64,000 nucleotides of DNA from contig NC_057754.1 in NCBI RefSeq assembly GCF_004010195.1, positions 8,802,566 through 8,866,565 of the forward strand, in the 5' to 3' direction. Under the pieces are notes generated by a model. That model worked only from the letters and a program-made list of their open reading frames with translations, did no database searches and was not told the origin of the DNA. This stretch comes from Chiloscyllium plagiosum. Taxonomy: Eukaryota. The number at the start of each line of letters is the position of its first letter. Position 1 is the stretch's first letter. A program made the position numbers and the translations under genes. This document shows positions 63,290 through 64,000 of the stretch, in pieces.

Positions 63290-64000
63290 CAGTCAACCTT
63301 GTAAAAATTCCCCTTGTGAACGCTGAGAGGCTTGTGCCAAAATTGGTATTTGCATCCTATAGGATCACAGACTTACGGAATTATACCTTACTGTCCCTGA
63401 TTTCGCTATTACCAACCCGAAATAAGTTATGTCCCTGTGGTGGTAACACAGTGATAGACAGTCACAAAGAAATGGTCCTATGAAAATTGAACATTGACTG
63501 TGAACCATAGGAAATTTCAGAACACCCAGTCAAACATGGCCGGGGGAAGTGCTGATTGCTGCTCTTCCTGGGTTGATTAATCTGTTCCCCTCCTTGTTGA
63601 AAACCATTTGTAAGAAGCACCAAGGGTGGCAACAGCACTGAAAGTACTCTGAATAGAAGACTTGATGTCCAACACAAACAGATAGGGGCAGTACAGCTAT
63701 TATTGAAGTACGTGGTGGAATCCTGAAAGGCATTTTGACCAGACTGACCCTGCAACAAAAGGCACCAAAAGAAGTGCCTCGTCCTCACCAATCCACCTAT
63801 TGCAGATGCACCAACCTATGACCATATGGACAGGAGCAGCTACGTACAGACCTTGTGGAGACAAAGACCCGGCTTCAACTGAACAGATCGGCCTTCACTA
63901 CTGTCACGTGGTGTAGCACTAACATCGAGTTAAATGACAAATCAGAAGGGGCCTGCACAGAGTAGAGCGGAAGGAAATTATCCCACTGGTGGAAGAACTG
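63290..64000 (+). mobile_element. Decayed L2/CR1-group endonuclease region
   Basis: Remnants resembling SWxQVKHGRG.VLIA and EDLMSNT/GDFNVH motifs with many indels. Confidence 0.5.

Overview
Eukaryotic genomic DNA, repeat-dense. The repeat repertoire (HE1-type V-SINEs, CR1/HER1 LINEs, Penelope-like elements) points to a shark or other elasmobranch; this is an inference. The backbone is a cluster of effector-less tandem C2H2 zinc-finger genes. Three have intact single coding exons (4850-5815 -, 30105-30995 -, 58788-59834 +), one is a frameshifted pseudogene (14530-15227 -) and one is a heavily decayed remnant (~26400-27005 +). Several CpG-island promoters with non-coding first exons accompany them. 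Almost everything else is retroelement debris: CR1, L2-like, Rex/Babar, Tx1/L1, Penelope, Gypsy/solo LTRs and tRNA-derived SINEs. Most notable: (i) short palindromic Penelope-derived insertions with target-site duplications carrying minimal type I hammerhead ribozyme motifs from several families; (ii) a U1 snRNA-derived head joined to a Tx1-type 3' tail (SINEU-like); (iii) a decayed tRNA-Pro with an insertion at the canonical intron position; (iv) promoter, splice-acceptor and 3'UTR modules shared across the ZNF paralogues. Boundaries of old repeats are approximate and family calls are by eye, not by database search.
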